Assembly (NCBI GenBank): GCA_029856145.1
Contig: JAHQWK010000021.1
Coordinates: 1 to 27,354, forward strand
Length of the DNA: 27,354 nt
Reading direction: 5' to 3'
From: Promethearchaeia archaeon
GTDB lineage: Archaea > Asgardarchaeota > Lokiarchaeia > Sigyniarchaeales > SOKP01
Part shown: positions 16,464 through 25,505 of the stretch, piece after piece
Layout of the letters: each line of letters starts with the position of its first letter
How positions within the stretch are numbered: the first letter of the stretch is position 1
The notes under the pieces: model-generated
Told to the model about the DNA's origin: nothing
Database searches by the model: none
What the model saw: only the letters and a program-made list of their open reading frames with translations
Translations under genes and position numbers: made by a program

Positions 16464-18347
16464 CTAAAGAGTATACAAAAATATTAACAAAATCAATGAT
16501 AAGAATGTAGGAGCAATTAAACTTATAGTTAAGAGACTTTGCGAAACCTTTATACATGCTTTTAGAGTGTCGATTATTGCATTAAAATAAAGTGGGTTCC
16601 CCCAAATCATAACCCTTTCAGAGGAATCTTTGTAAAGAAATTCAACTGGTTCTAAATCTTTTTCAGCTTCTTCTATCAATGTTTCTAACTTTTCAAGAAT
16701 AAAATCAGTTTTTATTTTATCTCCAATTGGGGAATATCCCCGATTTGAAAATTGGCGAGCAACTGTATGTGAATCTGATGTGGTAATTTCTCCTCTTTCT
16801 ATACCCCGATTTTGTAGGAAATTCAAGATATTGGACCGAACATCTACATATGCATTATTGCCATCGAAGTGAATTAAAACAGTTTTCTGTTCAGTGATTG
16901 TATTTTCAAATAAATGAACTACCATTCCTCCAAATCCAATCCCTTCATATTCCGAAAATTCACTTAATTGATCTTTTGCAACTCCATATAGCATTGGAGC
17001 ATTTTGGATTTTTTTTACAGTTTCACTCTCCATAAACTTTTTAGAAACGTCAATTAAATCATTCGCTTCTATACTATCTTTTTTAATCAATATTTCCTCC
17101 CCTAATATTGCGTTATGAGAATCTATAACGACGATTTCTTTATAATTGTTAGATAAAGCAATTTTTCTTATATCTTCTCCAACTTCTACCTCAATATCAT
17201 CAGAAGGTAGTGGATGTCTTGTTATAAACACAATCGGAACATCTTTTATTTCTGTACCAATAAGTTTAGCTGAATTAGAAATCTTTCTGGTGAAATCTTT
17301 TATTTCTGTAATCCATTCAATCTCAGTATTATTAGTAATTTCACTAACATCTTTTTTGATTCTCCTAATTACTTTCTCAACATTTCTTTGGTTGGTTAAA
17401 TTTAGAGTATGATCATTTGTAGTGTGATAAACTGTAGTTCCAGGGATATCTTGAAATTCTTTGTATATATATTCAGGTAAGTCTGATGACCCACATGTCT
17501 TAAAAGGACCGAAGTGAATATTTGGTATAATTAATAATCCTTTAGTTTTTTTAGTTTTAATATTTCTAATTATTAAGTATTGGATTTTTACGTCAGACTC
17601 AATTCCAACCTCATCAAAAAACCTTTCTATTAACTCGTCATTACCATCAGTCAGCATAGAAAGAACAAACGCTCTAATAAATGCATATCCCCCCATTCCA
17701 GTTACCTCTTGATAAATATTACTTACTCGAAATAATCCTCTTCTATAAGGGATAGCAAAAAATAAGGTACAAACAACGAAAAATATCAGCGCTCTAATAA
17801 AAAAAACAATTTGAAATTGACCAGTATATAGACTATAGATTAATATCGCTGTTACGGGTTGAATAAGTGATAAAATTAAATTTCCAGAGCGCCCAACAGT
17901 TGTGAATGAAAAATAAATAACAAAAGCAACAATATATGAGAGAATAGTTCCTAATATTAGAAATACTTCTATGTGTGTTATATCGTTCAAAAGTATGGAA
18001 ACTAATTGACCAAAAATAAATGTGAGTTCCATAATAATACCGAAAAATGCGTTCATTTGAATAGACCATCCAGTTGGGGGGATTCTTAAGATTGGTGCTC
18101 TTCTTGAATAAAATACTATAGAAAATAAGCTACCAATCCCTGAAGTTAATAAGAAAAGAAAGCTAAAACGTAAAAAATGAAGTAAATCAAAATATCCTAT
18201 CCATATATAATTCAATAAAAGCGATACTAATCCTAAAAGGAATGGAATCCCAAAGAAGATGGAAAGTGCTAATTTCTTTGATGAAAATAATTCTAAATAT
18301 GATATAATACCCGGAATTTGACGACTAGTTCTTTTTTTTATTATCAT
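16464..18347 (-). CDS. DUF2070-family archaeal membrane protein
   Basis: N-terminal multi-TM region, then a soluble domain with PNIHFGPFKTCGSSDLP, HTTNDH, IDSHN, DGNN and TTSDSH, and a C-terminal TM. The start is ATG 18347 or GTG 18353. Confidence 0.85.
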   Translation of the reverse strand: MIIKKRTSRQIPGIISYLELFSSKKLALSIFFGIPFLLGLVSLLLNYIWIGYFDLLHFLRFSFLFLLTSGIGSLFSIVFYSRRAPILRIPPTGWSIQMNAFFGIIMELTFIFGQLVSILLNDITHIEVFLILGTILSYIVAFVIYFSFTTVGRSGNLILSLIQPVTAILIYSLYTGQFQIVFFIRALIFFVVCTLFFAIPYRRGLFRVSNIYQEVTGMGGYAFIRAFVLSMLTDGNDELIERFFDEVGIESDVKIQYLIIRNIKTKKTKGLLIIPNIHFGPFKTCGSSDLPEYIYKEFQDIPGTTVYHTTNDHTLNLTNQRNVEKVIRRIKKDVSEITNNTEIEWITEIKDFTRKISNSAKLIGTEIKDVPIVFITRHPLPSDDIEVEVGEDIRKIALSNNYKEIVVIDSHNAILGEEILIKKDSIEANDLIDVSKKFMESETVKKIQNAPMLYGVAKDQLSEFSEYEGIGFGGMVVHLFENTITEQKTVLIHFDGNNAYVDVRSNILNFLQNRGIERGEITTSDSHTVARQFSNRGYSPIGDKIKTDFILEKLETLIEEAEKDLEPVEFLYKDSSERVMIWGNPLYFNAIIDTLKACIKVSQSLLTISLIAPTFLSLILLIFLYTL

Positions 18348-18483
18348 AAACACATAAACTAAATGAATTACAATTAGTAATACTTAATTGAAAAAGTACC
18401 TTCTAATGTAATGAATAAGTCATACAATTATATCTTTTTGTATATAATTATAATATAAAAAAAATAATTTTATTAACAATAAT

Positions 18484-19569
18484 ATGGAAGCAAATACACT
18501 AAGATTGGTGAATCTAGCAAATAAACGTTTTAAAGACATTCTAAATGACGGATTTAAATTATTTATTCAAACTTACGGAACAATTATCTTGCTATTAGCC
18601 TTTTTTCAAATATTTTTAATCGTTTTAGATATCTTTCTGCTAACTGATTTTAGATTTTATTTAAGTACACTTGAAATAACTTACACGGACATATTGGATA
18701 AATTTTATGCTGGATCAACCCTCACTGCGAATGAATGGAATTTTTTATCCTCCTTTTTAATTTTAAGCTATATACTAATATTTCTTCAAAACTTAATAGG
18801 TGCGGTAATCATTTCAATTGCTATGTGTTCTGTCAGTACTTATGTTTTTAGGAAATATATGAAAGATGAGATAAGTTTTATAGAAGCAATTAAATCGGCA
18901 TTCAATAAAAAGATGCTTTTAGTAATTTTAATAATAGGAATATGTCTACCCTTAAGCTCTTTATTATTATTTATTCCTGCTATTATTGTATTTGTATTTT
19001 TCATTTTTTTAGTATTCACTTACAATATGGAAGTGAAAAGAAATCCGATTTCAGAGGCTCGTGCAATTGCTAAAGGAGGATTCTGGAAAATAATTGGAAT
19101 TTTTGTAATTAATGTACTTTTAATATCTATTATCAGTTATTTTTTCAACTTGATTTTTAATACAATTATGAACACAGATTCTGCAAATTTTATTGCAAGT
19201 TATAATAGTTGGTATAACCCGATAACAAGAAATTATGGAATGATTATTTTATATCAAATACTTGTAAGTTTTGCTGATATTATTTTTGCTCCATTATTTA
19301 TATGTTTATTAACAGCATTATTTTCATCTTTAAAGGCTAAAAAAGACTTGAATTATTTACATCAACAAGGATACTATCCTATTAGAGAAACTATTAAAGA
19401 AACATATCCACTACGGCAAGAATTGTATGAAGATGCTGAGATAGAGGATTCTTCCCCAGCTACTCACATAGAAGGAAAGTTTTATTGCCCTTTTTGTGGA
19501 CATTTTATTTCCATACAAAAAAAATTTTGTCCTAAATGTGGAGAAAACTTGTCTTTCATTACAAAATAA
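18484..19569 (+). CDS. Multi-TM membrane protein with C-terminal zinc ribbon
   Basis: Five to six TM segments resembling the glycerophosphodiester-phosphodiesterase membrane-domain type, an acidic/Pro linker, and terminal CPFCG-x9-CPKCG. Confidence 0.8.
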   Translation: MEANTLRLVNLANKRFKDILNDGFKLFIQTYGTIILLLAFFQIFLIVLDIFLLTDFRFYLSTLEITYTDILDKFYAGSTLTANEWNFLSSFLILSYILIFLQNLIGAVIISIAMCSVSTYVFRKYMKDEISFIEAIKSAFNKKMLLVILIIGICLPLSSLLLFIPAIIVFVFFIFLVFTYNMEVKRNPISEARAIAKGGFWKIIGIFVINVLLISIISYFFNLIFNTIMNTDSANFIASYNSWYNPITRNYGMIILYQILVSFADIIFAPLFICLLTALFSSLKAKKDLNYLHQQGYYPIRETIKETYPLRQELYEDAEIEDSSPATHIEGKFYCPFCGHFISIQKKFCPKCGENLSFITK

Positions 19570-19595
19570 AATAAAAATTAAAAAAATCAACAAAA

Positions 19596-20387
19596 ATGTA
19601 TATAAATATTGAAAAAAAATTTGATTTGGAAAAAGAGAATATTACTAATCCAGTTGTCTTAATAGGATGGCCTGGAATTGCTTTAGTTGCGAAATTAGCA
19701 ATAACTTCTATACAAGAATCTTTACAAGCGGAAGAGTTTTTGAATATTCAATGTTTCGATTTCCCTCCTAAATCAGTTGTAGAAAAAGGGTCATTAGAAA
19801 TACCAGTAGCAAAGCTCTATTACAAATCAACAGATAAGGAAGATGGAAATGACTTTTTTATATTAACAGCTGATTATCAACCTCAGAGCTCATCTGGCGT
19901 GTTTGAGTTCTCAAAAGTGTTTTGCGAAGAAATGGATAAGATCACTGGAGGGAAAATAAAAATATATCTAAGCACGGGTGCAATGATTACTGATCAAGTC
20001 CATGATAGTCCACTAGTATATGTATGTGGTACTGATCAAAAATTAGTTCAATCCTTCTTTGAGTTTGAAAATACTAAATTATATGAGGGGGGATATATTT
20101 CCGGAGCAAATGGTATCTTGCCAGCATGGGCTGGAGCAAATGGTTACGGATCTGGAATATGTCTTTTGGCAGAGACTTTACCTATGCCAATGATGACATT
20201 AGATCCTCGTAGTTCAAAAGCTCTTGTTACCTTACTAAAAGAATATTTCTCAATTGATATGGATTTTAGTAAACTTAATGAAAAAATCAAAGAAATGGAG
20301 AGTATCTTTGAATCATTTAGAAAACAAGCAGACCAATTTATAAGACCACCTCGAGAAGATAAAGGAGCAGATTCATATTTCCGTTAA
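19596..20387 (+). CDS. PAC2-family proteasome assembly chaperone
   Basis: PVVLIGWPGIALVAKLA, ILTADYQP, ISGANGIL, GICLLAET, DPRSSKAL and C-terminal SYFR. Confidence 0.9.
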   Translation: MYINIEKKFDLEKENITNPVVLIGWPGIALVAKLAITSIQESLQAEEFLNIQCFDFPPKSVVEKGSLEIPVAKLYYKSTDKEDGNDFFILTADYQPQSSSGVFEFSKVFCEEMDKITGGKIKIYLSTGAMITDQVHDSPLVYVCGTDQKLVQSFFEFENTKLYEGGYISGANGILPAWAGANGYGSGICLLAETLPMPMMTLDPRSSKALVTLLKEYFSIDMDFSKLNEKIKEMESIFESFRKQADQFIRPPREDKGADSYFR

Positions 20388-20478
20388 TTATTTTTTTATT
20401 CAATCCCAACTGTATTATAATTTATCAAAAAAAAAAATTACTAAATTATTAATATCGAATATGGTTTAATGATTCATT

Positions 20479-21456
20479 GTGCAAGACACTAATTTCATTG
20501 AAAGTAATAGAAAAATCAGAGATAAATTAACACTCTATGGAATTAACGATCAATCCTGTAATTATATTAAGGATATAATTACATTAATTAATAAAGAGAT
20601 TGGTATTAACAAAATCTTATCAATTTTATTATTTGGTAGCCAGTTATCTAAAAATGAAGCGTCTGCAATATCTGATTGCGATTTGCTAATTATTTTTAAG
20701 GATAGAGTTTCTAACCATCATATTAAGGAAATGGAAAAATACTTTTTTGCTTTAGAAATCAAGCATAATTTTAGGGAATTTGACAAACACTTCTCTAAGA
20801 GGATTTTAGGCGTAATTAACCAAACAACAGGTATATTTGTAAGCCATTTTTTAACTAAAAGAAAATATTGGGAAGAAACAAACTTTCATAAGATATTCCG
20901 AGTCAATAAAGTCTTTTCCTCTATGTTTGCACCACGAAAAATTGTATTAGGAAATGTACTGATAAATAGTTCAATTTTATACGGAGATGATTTAAGAGAA
21001 GATATTAAACCGAAAATTCAAATTACTATGCAAGAAATGATTAAAAGTACTATTATGAATTTAATGATCTCCCTTTTCTCTCTTGCGATTTCATTCCTAA
21101 AAGGTTTAAACCCAACCAAATACCAGTTAGAAGCAATAAAATGGGCATTAAAAGCATCGAATTATTACTGTTTTCGAGATTCTCCAAATCTTAATAAAGT
21201 TATTGAACGATTTATCTCTTTTGATAGGAAAAAATCACAGAAAAAAGCTACACGCTTTTTCTTAGATTTTCTTCAGTTAAGAGAATTTCCTCGTAATAAT
21301 ATGAATTTTATGATTCGATGTCCAATAAGAATTGTTAAAATTCATACTAAAGCTATATTATTCAAGAAATTGGTTAAAAGAAAGGAAAGATTTACAACCC
21401 CTTCCAAACAACTTAAACCAATTATACCCGATCATACTTTCCCTTTAAGATTTTAA
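20479..21456 (+). CDS. Pol-beta-superfamily nucleotidyltransferase domain protein with helical C-terminal domain
   Basis: ILSILLFGSQ...ISDCDLLIIF gives the GS + DxD motif. GTG start. Confidence 0.8.
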   Translation: MQDTNFIESNRKIRDKLTLYGINDQSCNYIKDIITLINKEIGINKILSILLFGSQLSKNEASAISDCDLLIIFKDRVSNHHIKEMEKYFFALEIKHNFREFDKHFSKRILGVINQTTGIFVSHFLTKRKYWEETNFHKIFRVNKVFSSMFAPRKIVLGNVLINSSILYGDDLREDIKPKIQITMQEMIKSTIMNLMISLFSLAISFLKGLNPTKYQLEAIKWALKASNYYCFRDSPNLNKVIERFISFDRKKSQKKATRFFLDFLQLREFPRNNMNFMIRCPIRIVKIHTKAILFKKLVKRKERFTTPSKQLKPIIPDHTFPLRF

Positions 21457-21587
21457 ACTTATACCTTAAAATTTGTTAATCAGAAATAAATTTTTTAAGA
21501 TTTCAAATATAAAAATATAAATAGATGTTAATTTATTTAGAATTGTATTATTCTAGAAATTATTAAGTTTTATTAAAGAGGAGAAAT

Positions 21588-22130
21588 ATGGAAAACATTG
21601 ATGTCAAAGAGCTTTTTTTAGATATATTAGATATAGTTAAATTTGAACTTCGTTTCTATAAAATTCGCCAGAGCCCTCTTTTTGAGCGGATCGTCAAGAC
21701 AAGGATTTTTCAACAAAAGCTCCAAAGATTAAAGGATTTCATTAACCAATATTTTGCTATAATGTATAGAGACGAGGAGAGTCCTATAAATCAAGCTGCC
21801 TTGCGTACTCAACTCGGTAATATTGCTCGGTTGACAGACTATTATGATGACCTTTCAGACTTCTACACAGATCATACTAAGGAAATGATCACAAGAGAAA
21901 AGCTTCAAGGTCTAATAGAATATTCGCATATCGAGATCTTGTTCTTGGTGTTCACCAATATTTTGGACTGGGAACATTACAAGAGCTCTTTAATCTTTCC
22001 TCAAGATAAAAGTAAAGAAAAACTTTTGAAAGGATTTCTTGAGAAGATTGCAAGTACTGAAATAAAGAATATCGATGATATTATAGATTTGGAGCAGACT
22101 ATCGATACATTTATTGAAAGTGTAGCATAA
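21588..22130 (+). CDS. Hypothetical all-helical protein
   Basis: 180-aa ORF with a GAGGAG SD upstream and protein-like composition. No motif recognised. Confidence 0.75.
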   Translation: MENIDVKELFLDILDIVKFELRFYKIRQSPLFERIVKTRIFQQKLQRLKDFINQYFAIMYRDEESPINQAALRTQLGNIARLTDYYDDLSDFYTDHTKEMITREKLQGLIEYSHIEILFLVFTNILDWEHYKSSLIFPQDKSKEKLLKGFLEKIASTEIKNIDDIIDLEQTIDTFIESVA

Positions 22131-22299
22131 TTTGCTCTTTAGGTTATTAAGTACTAGTTTTTAATCCATAAAAGGAAAATTTATATTAAAGCTGGCTTGT
22201 TGTATTCATAAAAGAATAAAATTATATTCTTACTAACAATCGTTTTACTAAATTGATTATTACTTGAATAAATCTGCTTAGGTTTAAGGTTAAGATAAT

Positions 22300-22572
22300 A
22301 TGACCATAAGAATTAAACTATACGGAGACTTAAGAGAAAAATTACCACAATTTAAAAATGGTGGTGCTCCAAGCACTTTAATTATCAAACTGGACAAAAT
22401 TAAAACAGTTTTAGATATCTTAAATAAATTTATTATAACGCAGGACGAAATTAGTCATATTTTTGTAAATAGTAAATATTCTGGAATTGGAAAACAAGTG
22501 AAAGATGGAGATCGAATTGGATTATTTCCTAAGAGAATGGGAATAATATTTGTGGAAATAATGAAAGGATGA
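22300..22572 (+). CDS. MoaD/ThiS-like beta-grasp protein lacking the C-terminal Gly-Gly
   Basis: IRIKLYGDLREK, TVLDILNKF and IFVN...VKDGDRIGLFP. It ends KRMGIIFVEIMKG rather than PxxGG. Confidence 0.82.
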   Translation: MTIRIKLYGDLREKLPQFKNGGAPSTLIIKLDKIKTVLDILNKFIITQDEISHIFVNSKYSGIGKQVKDGDRIGLFPKRMGIIFVEIMKG

Positions 22573-22676
22573 TTCATCGAAAAGAATTAATATACCTTTT
22601 TTCCTATGAGAAACAAGAATATAGATATTCTTAAATATGTGATTCATTATGTATTTGCTTAAGCAATGAAGGGATA

Positions 22677-22982
22677 ATGAGAACTGAAATATGTTCTAAA
22701 GATATTATTTGTAAAATGGCAGATTGTTTCGATAAAATACTGGAAATTTATGAGAATAGCGAGGTAAAGAGATATAAAGCTCTAATTAAATTAATGACGG
22801 ATCTCGATAAAGAAATTTCAAATGCAATACGTGTCAGAAATTGTTTGATTTTATTAGTTAATTTATGTTTTAATCCAGAATCTCCTGATTTTTCTTATAA
22901 TAGAGGAAAATCGCCACGTGAGCTTTCTGAAAATGAAAGGTTTGAAATGCATGAGTTATTAAAATGTGAATTTAACAATTAA
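22677..22982 (+). CDS. Small hypothetical protein
   Basis: 101-aa ORF with six Cys and a GAAGGGA purine-rich SD upstream. It converges on the MFS gene with a 6-nt gap. Confidence 0.65.
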   Translation: MRTEICSKDIICKMADCFDKILEIYENSEVKRYKALIKLMTDLDKEISNAIRVRNCLILLVNLCFNPESPDFSYNRGKSPRELSENERFEMHELLKCEFNN

Positions 22983-22988
22983 TTTGTT

Positions 22989-25256
22989 TTAAAAGACTTT
23001 AAGTTCAGTTTCCTTCCATTCATCATATAGACTGAATATATCATCGATTTTATCAAGTGTTTCAATGAGTACTTTTTTTGTTCTATTATCTTGTTGGAAC
23101 GTATCAATAATTACCTTATATAAATCAATATCATATTCTAGAGCAAGATCAGAAATTTTTAGTAAATCTTCGATTTGAACTCCTTTTTCATTTAATTGAT
23201 TTAAAGTGTTTTCTATTTCTTCTTTAAGTTTGATCGTTGCATTTAAAGATTTCGAGCATTTATCAAATAATTCTTGTTCTTTATCACGTATAATGGTTTC
23301 ATCTTCTGATAAATCGGGTTTTTCAGTGACAATTTTTAGCCTTTCATTAAGTAGATATTTAACACGTTCATAGATTTTAATTGATTCAGAAATACTCCTT
23401 AAGGATTTGAATAAATGTTGCTTCCGGTTTAATCTCGCTTCAATAATTTTTAAATAAGCATCTTCATAATAAGTTTGAATCTCTCCAAAGGTACTTTTCT
23501 CCCATTCACTTATTCTAGTATAGATTTGTCTTAAATCCCTCATTATATATTTTTTCTCATCTACTGTTAGATCTAGTTTGTTTTGTTTGTTAAATATAGT
23601 ATTTGCCTCATGTTTAATTAAAAGAACTTTTAAATACATTATATGGGCTTTTTTCTCTATATTTGTAATACTTCGAGATACTCCTTCGCGTTCACAGAAT
23701 TTAAATATTTTTAATGCTTCTTCGAGTAATTTGTTAAATCGGTTTTTGTCATTAGTGATATAATATTTTGAATCTTGAACTTTTTGAATTGCTCTATCCA
23801 TTTGAATTTCTAACTCAAAAATATAATCAATTAAACTTAGTTGTTTTCTTTCTGATAAAATTCTAGATTTAAAAGTCATATCTTTTTCTACACTTCTACT
23901 AGCCAAAATCCAATATATCGCCGCGGGGATCCAAAAAAAGATACTTAAAAACATCATATTAAAAGTACCTCCAAGGAGAGAAATTAAGGTATATGAGAGT
24001 AATAAAGTTATTCCTTTACTTGATTGTTCTGAGAGCTTAAAAAAGGATGCTGCTGTACCTTTATGCTCAGGCATATTAACATCTATCATTACTGCATTTC
24101 TATTTGCTACTGGTCCAGCTCCCAACATAGAAGCCATTAAAGCAAAAATAAAGAAAATTATATATGTTGGATAAGCTACAAATATCTCTCCAATAGTCAG
24201 GAAGATATACGAAAAAAGCTCTTCAGTTGGAATTGGGCTTGGATAAGTAATATTTAAATCAACTGGATTAATTGGGCGTAAAGAGAGAAGCAATATAAGC
24301 GCAAAAGGTATTGAAAGAATAAGACATATGGTCGCTAATCTTACTCTATTTTTTTTGTTTCTTCGAAATAACACATCTCCTAAACGAGCAAAAACACTAT
24401 TACCTAGAATATATCCAATTCCAATCATACCAGCAAAAATTGTCGCTGTTTGAAGTCTTATTTCGATTGGAATTTGATTGAAATATTGAAGTACTAACAT
24501 TGAAGTTGTAAAATATACTAATATAGTTCCAGGTACTATTGAAAAAAAGCCCTGGATTATCAAATAACGATTTGATTTTTTATTTATAATTGTTTTTAAG
24601 TCTTTTTTAGAAATTCGATAACTATATTCTAAATCTAATTCAACTAACTCTAATAGTTCATCTTCACTTGCTCCGCGTTGAGGGATTTTTACAAAAAAAA
24701 GAATTATCACTATTATAACACTTATTCCAGACAGTAAAAGAAATGGAAATCTCCATGTAAGAATAGGTCCAAGAAAAGAAGATAACCCTTGTCCTGCTCC
24801 ATTTGATATTGAACTTAAGATCGCTAAGGTTCCAAACCAACCAGATCTTTCTTCTGGTGGGATTGCATCTGAGATAATTGAATACCCTACTGGTAATACA
24901 CAACCTAATCCAGCGCCACTTGCTATTCTGGAAAATACTAGCATAATGTAAGAATTTGATATTGCCGTCAATATCATTCCAATAGTCCATGATAAGGCAC
25001 CAACCATAATTACTCCTTTTCTGTTAATTCGATCAGTATAATACCCCCAAAGTAGCGCAAAAAAGGCACTGATTAACACGAAGAAAGCATCAGGAATAGC
25101 GATTAATGCTTCAGGGATATTAAACGTTGTTTGTATTGCCGCATAACTAGGGATAAGCATATTAGCGCATGCTGTTGATACAAAAAGTAATAGCATTACT
25201 AATATAATTGGTGCAAGATCTTTGAATTTAACAGTTGTAAGTTTAAATCGTCCAAT
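22989..25256 (-). CDS. MFS transporter fused to a ~300-aa cytoplasmic helical domain
   Basis: Motif A WGYYTDRINRK, RIASGAG, ISDAIPPEERS, WRFPF, and second-half GDVLFRRNKKNR and DVNMPEHKGTA. A long charged helical tail follows TM12. TM1 begins above ATG 25196 (DLAPIILVMLLLF), so the start is inferred at ATT 25256. Confidence 0.9.
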   Translation of the reverse strand: MGRFKLTTVKFKDLAPIILVMLLLFVSTACANMLIPSYAAIQTTFNIPEALIAIPDAFFVLISAFFALLWGYYTDRINRKGVIMVGALSWTIGMILTAISNSYIMLVFSRIASGAGLGCVLPVGYSIISDAIPPEERSGWFGTLAILSSISNGAGQGLSSFLGPILTWRFPFLLLSGISVIIVIILFFVKIPQRGASEDELLELVELDLEYSYRISKKDLKTIINKKSNRYLIIQGFFSIVPGTILVYFTTSMLVLQYFNQIPIEIRLQTATIFAGMIGIGYILGNSVFARLGDVLFRRNKKNRVRLATICLILSIPFALILLLSLRPINPVDLNITYPSPIPTEELFSYIFLTIGEIFVAYPTYIIFFIFALMASMLGAGPVANRNAVMIDVNMPEHKGTAASFFKLSEQSSKGITLLLSYTLISLLGGTFNMMFLSIFFWIPAAIYWILASRSVEKDMTFKSRILSERKQLSLIDYIFELEIQMDRAIQKVQDSKYYITNDKNRFNKLLEEALKIFKFCEREGVSRSITNIEKKAHIMYLKVLLIKHEANTIFNKQNKLDLTVDEKKYIMRDLRQIYTRISEWEKSTFGEIQTYYEDAYLKIIEARLNRKQHLFKSLRSISESIKIYERVKYLLNERLKIVTEKPDLSEDETIIRDKEQELFDKCSKSLNATIKLKEEIENTLNQLNEKGVQIEDLLKISDLALEYDIDLYKVIIDTFQQDNRTKKVLIETLDKIDDIFSLYDEWKETELKVF

Positions 25257-25313
25257 AATCTATTACCATTAGGATGTAATTATAATAAATAGCACTTGAA
25301 ACTTAAAAAAACT

Positions 25314-25496
25314 TTATAACTTTAAAAAATAGTTAAGCGTAGCTTCTACATGGAGTTCTATTGTATCTAATAATTTTATCTCTGTATCTCTTTGTGTTAG
25401 AATTAAGGACAATTCTGAGCATTCTAAAATTACACCATCTATGTCGTCGTAATTATTTATGATTTGGAGTAATTTCTTCTTAGATTCTTTTTTAAA
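25314..25496 (-). pseudogene. C-terminal remnant of an aspartate/glutamate (amino-acid) racemase
   Basis: Hand translation gives FKKESKKKLLQIINNYDDIDGVILECSELSLILTQRDTEIKLLDTIELHVEATLNYFLKL*. This matches the racemase C-terminus (GVILGCTELPL...DT..IH), with GCTE changed to ECSE. There is no start codon and no N-terminal portion. Confidence 0.8.
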
Positions 25497-25505
25497 AAAA
25501 ATAAA

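Noticed and set aside
17146-18069. Short ORFs 17146-17412 (+) and 17833-18069 (-)
   Set aside because: Nested within DUF2070 in antisense or alternative frames; no support.
19411-19593. 60-aa minus-strand ORF
   Set aside because: Antisense to the zinc-ribbon region.
22167-22228. Imperfect direct repeat CATAAAAG...TTATATT about 40 nt apart
   Set aside because: Only two degenerate AT-rich copies; not a CRISPR array and plausibly chance or duplicated promoter elements.
23578-24990. Short ORFs 23578-23763 (+) and 24664-24990 (-)
   Set aside because: Nested within the MFS gene; no motifs or SD.
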